A stretch of 64,000 nt of DNA from Octopus sinensis (lineage: Eukaryota). Of the stretch, positions 60,685 through 64,000 are shown in pieces. The stretch spans positions 80,786,001-80,850,000 of the forward strand of contig NC_042997.1 of NCBI RefSeq assembly GCF_006345805.1, given 5' to 3'. Each line of letters starts with the position of its first letter. Position 1 is the stretch's first letter. Below the pieces are notes generated by a model, which was not told the DNA's origin, did not search any database, and worked only from the letters and a program-made list of their open reading frames with translations. The translations under genes were made by a program, and so were the position numbers.

Positions 60685-63530
60685 GTCTTTTCATCCAACA
60701 TCACTTCGTCAAACGTCTTTTTGTTCATGTCATTTGGTCCAACATCTTTTTGTCCAATGATTTTTTTTTGTCCAATGACTTTTTGTCCAATTTTAAATAA
60801 ACTCTTTTGAAAACAAGGTGAAATACTTACAAAACTATAACAAACCTTTTTATAGGTTTGTTATTATTCTTTTTCCTTCTCTGTTAACGGTTTTGCTTTC
60901 TCTTTTTCCTTCTCTCTCTTAAGTATGGTACTGTGTATAGAGAGTGATGCAAATTTTGTGTAAACATTTTTAATTTACCCATCCAGAAATGATAAAGTTC
61001 ATAGTATCAACTAAAACCAAAAAAGAAAAGTAGCTAATGAAAGTAATTACATCTACGATTTTCATTCAAGCAATACAAATCTGGGAAATAAATACTGGAG
61101 ATGTAAGTATTTGCATTAGAAAGTGCTCTTCAGAATATAGCATCATATCATCATTGGACATGTGATGAAATGTTCAAAATTGTGCCAGAACAGTGGTTTC
61201 AACTGTTTAGCATTCATGTACAAGTTAATGGTAGCAGTTTTACACGGGTATTAGCATTACTACTGAATAAAACAAAGCAGATATATGAATTATTTTTCGA
61301 GCAATTGAAAATTATGCAACCTTATGCATATCCACTTGAACTCATGGCAGATTTCGAAGTTGCAGTTCATAAGGCATTTACTTCTTCATTCCCTAATTCA
61401 TTTATCATGGTATGTTTGTTTCATTTGAGCCAATCAGTATTTTGAAAAATTACAGATTTAGGCCGCAAAGAAAAATACAATAAAGACTCTGAATTCTGTT
61501 TTAAAATTCGATGTTTTTTCAGCATTAGCCTTCCTACCCATTGAAGATGTTGAAGGGGCCTATGAAGAATTAATAGACAATGAAGAAATATCTGCTAAAT
61601 TCATCGCTTACTTTGACTTGACTTACAAAGGCGTTGTGAGAGGACATGGTGCTAGATGAAGGAGATAACCAACTACATTCACGATAGCTGTATGGAATGT
61701 TAATCAGCATATTTTTCAAGATCTTTCCAGAACAAATAATGTTGCTGAGGGGTTTCATTCTGCAATAATGCGTTTGGCAGGTGGAGCACATTTGAATATT
61801 TGGAAATTAATCAAAACTCTGAAGGAAGAGGAAGGGTTCATTTGAGGTAAAATGACTCTAAGTTTTCGAAGAGATTCGTAAAATTCATGTACACAGTATT
61901 GAATAAATAACTGAATGCCTCAAAACATTGGTCCTAGAATATGGGTCAACAAGAGAAAAATTGATTTTTTGAAGAGCGTGGCATATATCAGGTCATCCCA
62001 TAAGTTCTGAATTTTGAATAAAGAAAACAAGTGATAAAATGTTATATGTAATTGAAATTTAATCATCAATATACTTTCCCTGATTATCTATGACTTCCTT
62101 CCATCTATTTACAAGCTTTTTAATCCCAACAATGTAAAACTCTTTTGGTTTCAGAGTGAAGAACTATGAAATGTCAGTTTCAACCTCCTCCTGGCCTGCG
62201 AAAGTTATGTCCCCCAAATGATTCTGTGAACTATGAAACAAATGGTAGTCTGAAAGAGCAAGGTCAGGAGAATAAGGTGGATGAGGAATTTTTTCCCAAT
62301 CAAGCTCTTCGATCTTCTGTGATGCGATCTTTGCAGTGTGGGATTGCGCATTGTCCTGATGAAACATCACTCCTTTTTATTCACTAAAGCGGGTCTTTTT
62401 TTCTTCAAAGCTTGGTTCAAACGCTCTAATTGCTGACAGTAGACTTGAGCATTGATTGTTGTATTAGGTGGTAACAATTCAAAGTGAATTACTCCTTTGC
62501 AATTCGGCCAGATAGAGAGAAGAACCTTTTTCCCATGAAGTTCCCTTCTCATTTGTGGTTGAGCTTTATCCCTTTTACCAAGCCACAGTTTATAACATTT
62601 AACATTCCGATAGAAGATCTATTTTTCGTCACCAGTCACAAGTCTATTCAAAAAGGGTGAAGTGAGTTTGCGAGAATGGAGAGAAGAGCAGATGTCAACT
62701 TGGGATTTGCGGTTGCTTTTGGACAATTCATGAGGCACCCATTTTCCAAGTTTAGGAACCTTTCCAAGTTGTTAAAGATGATGATGAACAGTTGTATGGT
62801 TTGAATTAAGCTTTATTGCCAATTTTTCAACTGATAATGCAGCATTTTCTTCAAGTAATGCCTCAAGGAGCTTATCATCAAACTCAACTGCACGTCCTGT
62901 TTGATCTTCATCTTCAAATGCTGAAATCTCACTTCTGAATTTTGCAAACCATTCTTTCATTCAAGCATTCTTTCCCATAAACTGAGTGTATATTTCGAGT
63001 TGCTTCAGCAGCAGAGTTTCGTTTTTTGTACTCATAAAGCATTATGTGCCTCAAATGCTCTTTGGATGCTTCCATGTTAGAAAGGGTTTTAATGAAAGAA
63101 ATTTTAATTCTTTTATTCTGTAAAATAATATTTCATTAGTTAAAATGTACAGAAATGCATAAAAATAATTTTAAATTCCTTTAGACATTCTAAAATACTA
63201 TTAAATTTCATTCAATTTTAAAAAATGTAAAATCGGACAGAACTTATGGGATGACCTGGTAATTTGCATCAATTTTTAGTGATCATAATAAATCATTAGT
63301 TATATTTTATTACTTTTTTAAAATGTCTTTTTTTTAAATAAATTTTTCCACAGTATTTTACTTGAATCCTGTCTATAAAATTCTCAATGATTATTTGATT
63401 TTGATGATCACCTTATTTTCTAAAGAGTTTATTTAAAATTGGATAAAAAGTCATTGGACAAAATAATCATCGGACAAAAAAACATCTGACCAACAAACGT
63501 GGACAAAGTGATATTGGACCAAAAGTTGAG
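60685..63530 (+). mobile_element. Mutator-like (MULE) transposon with ~140-bp internally repetitive TIRs; transposase pseudogene ~60990-61990
   Basis: TIRs are built from ttttgtcc(a/g)atga repeats. Peptides YWRC (FLYWCH-like start), WTCDEMFKIVP..FQLFSIH, ADFEVAV..FP...CLFHLSQS and PRTNNVAEGFHS. Confidence 0.85.
61988..63259 (-). mobile_element. Full-length mariner (same family as 9137-10145) nested in the MULE
   Basis: TA|tcaggtcatcccataagttctg ... cagaacttatgggatgacctgg|TA. Peptides HQDNAQSH and HPPYSPDLALSDYHLF; frameshifted. Confidence 0.93.
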
Positions 63531-63779
63531 TCATGATATAAAATACCTATATAATAGTGGTTAAGAATTTCAGCTATTTATTGCTGTTAAGGGTTGCTAT
63601 TTTATCCAAGGTGAACTCAGACTGAGATGATCTATAATCAGAATCATTTTAGCTGTGATCTCCCAGCTTTCCCATATATTTAATGCTTCTAGGACCAGAA
63701 TACATATCTCAATTTTTAAGTTGTAGGATGTAATTTGAAGAATATTTTACTCTTATTTATAATAGGTCAAATATTGGAA

Positions 63780-63880
63780 CCTGTGTGCAGCCTCTGGTCT
63801 TGCCAGTTTCTGTCAAGCCATTCAACCCATACCAACATGGAAAACCTATTAAATGCTGCTGCTGATGATAATAATGATCT
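63780..63880 (+). mobile_element. Short RTE tail fragment (others at ~47228-47372 minus and ~55415-55540 plus)
   Basis: gtcaagccattcaacccataccaacatggaaaa..ttaaatgctgctgctgatgat. Confidence 0.6.
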
Positions 63881-64000
63881 AAATGCCTTGTCAAGACCCC
63901 TTCTTTGACTCATTTCATCTGTTTCTTAAAACAAATATGGAATCTAATGATAAAAGCCGGATGTTTCATTTAGGTTTTAAATCAACAACTTATGAACCAA

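Noticed and set aside
9137-63259. The two same-family mariners as ends of one large composite or inverted duplication
   Set aside because: The 62-63 kb copy has both TIRs and TA TSDs inside a MULE, and the flanks of the two copies are unrelated.

Overview
This is AT-rich eukaryotic genomic DNA, almost certainly intronic or intergenic. It is most likely from an octopus; that is inferred from recalled SINE and LINE-tail families, not from a database search. No complete host gene is visible. A CpG-enriched ETS/CRE promoter at ~7.08-7.11 kb and plausible 5' exons of a minus-strand gene are present; one of these exons ends exactly in ATG|GTAAGA. The rest is transposon debris and microsatellite. 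DNA transposons: three decayed mariners from two families, a Tc1 with ~200-bp IR/DR ends, a MULE interrupted by a mariner, Helitron fragments and several MITEs. Retroelements: a near-full-length CR1/L2-type LINE, RTE pieces whose 3'UTR carries a VNTR, an R4/Dong-type RLE LINE with an inverted 5' segment, and tRNA-derived SINEs. The main unexplained structure is a dense set of about a dozen type-I hammerhead ribozyme motifs (intact, variant or decayed) from several unrelated small repeat families. They sit in fold-back or tandem, Penelope-like non-autonomous elements, one of which has a tRNA-like Pol III head. Nearly all long ORFs in the supplied track outside the transposons are microsatellite artefacts.
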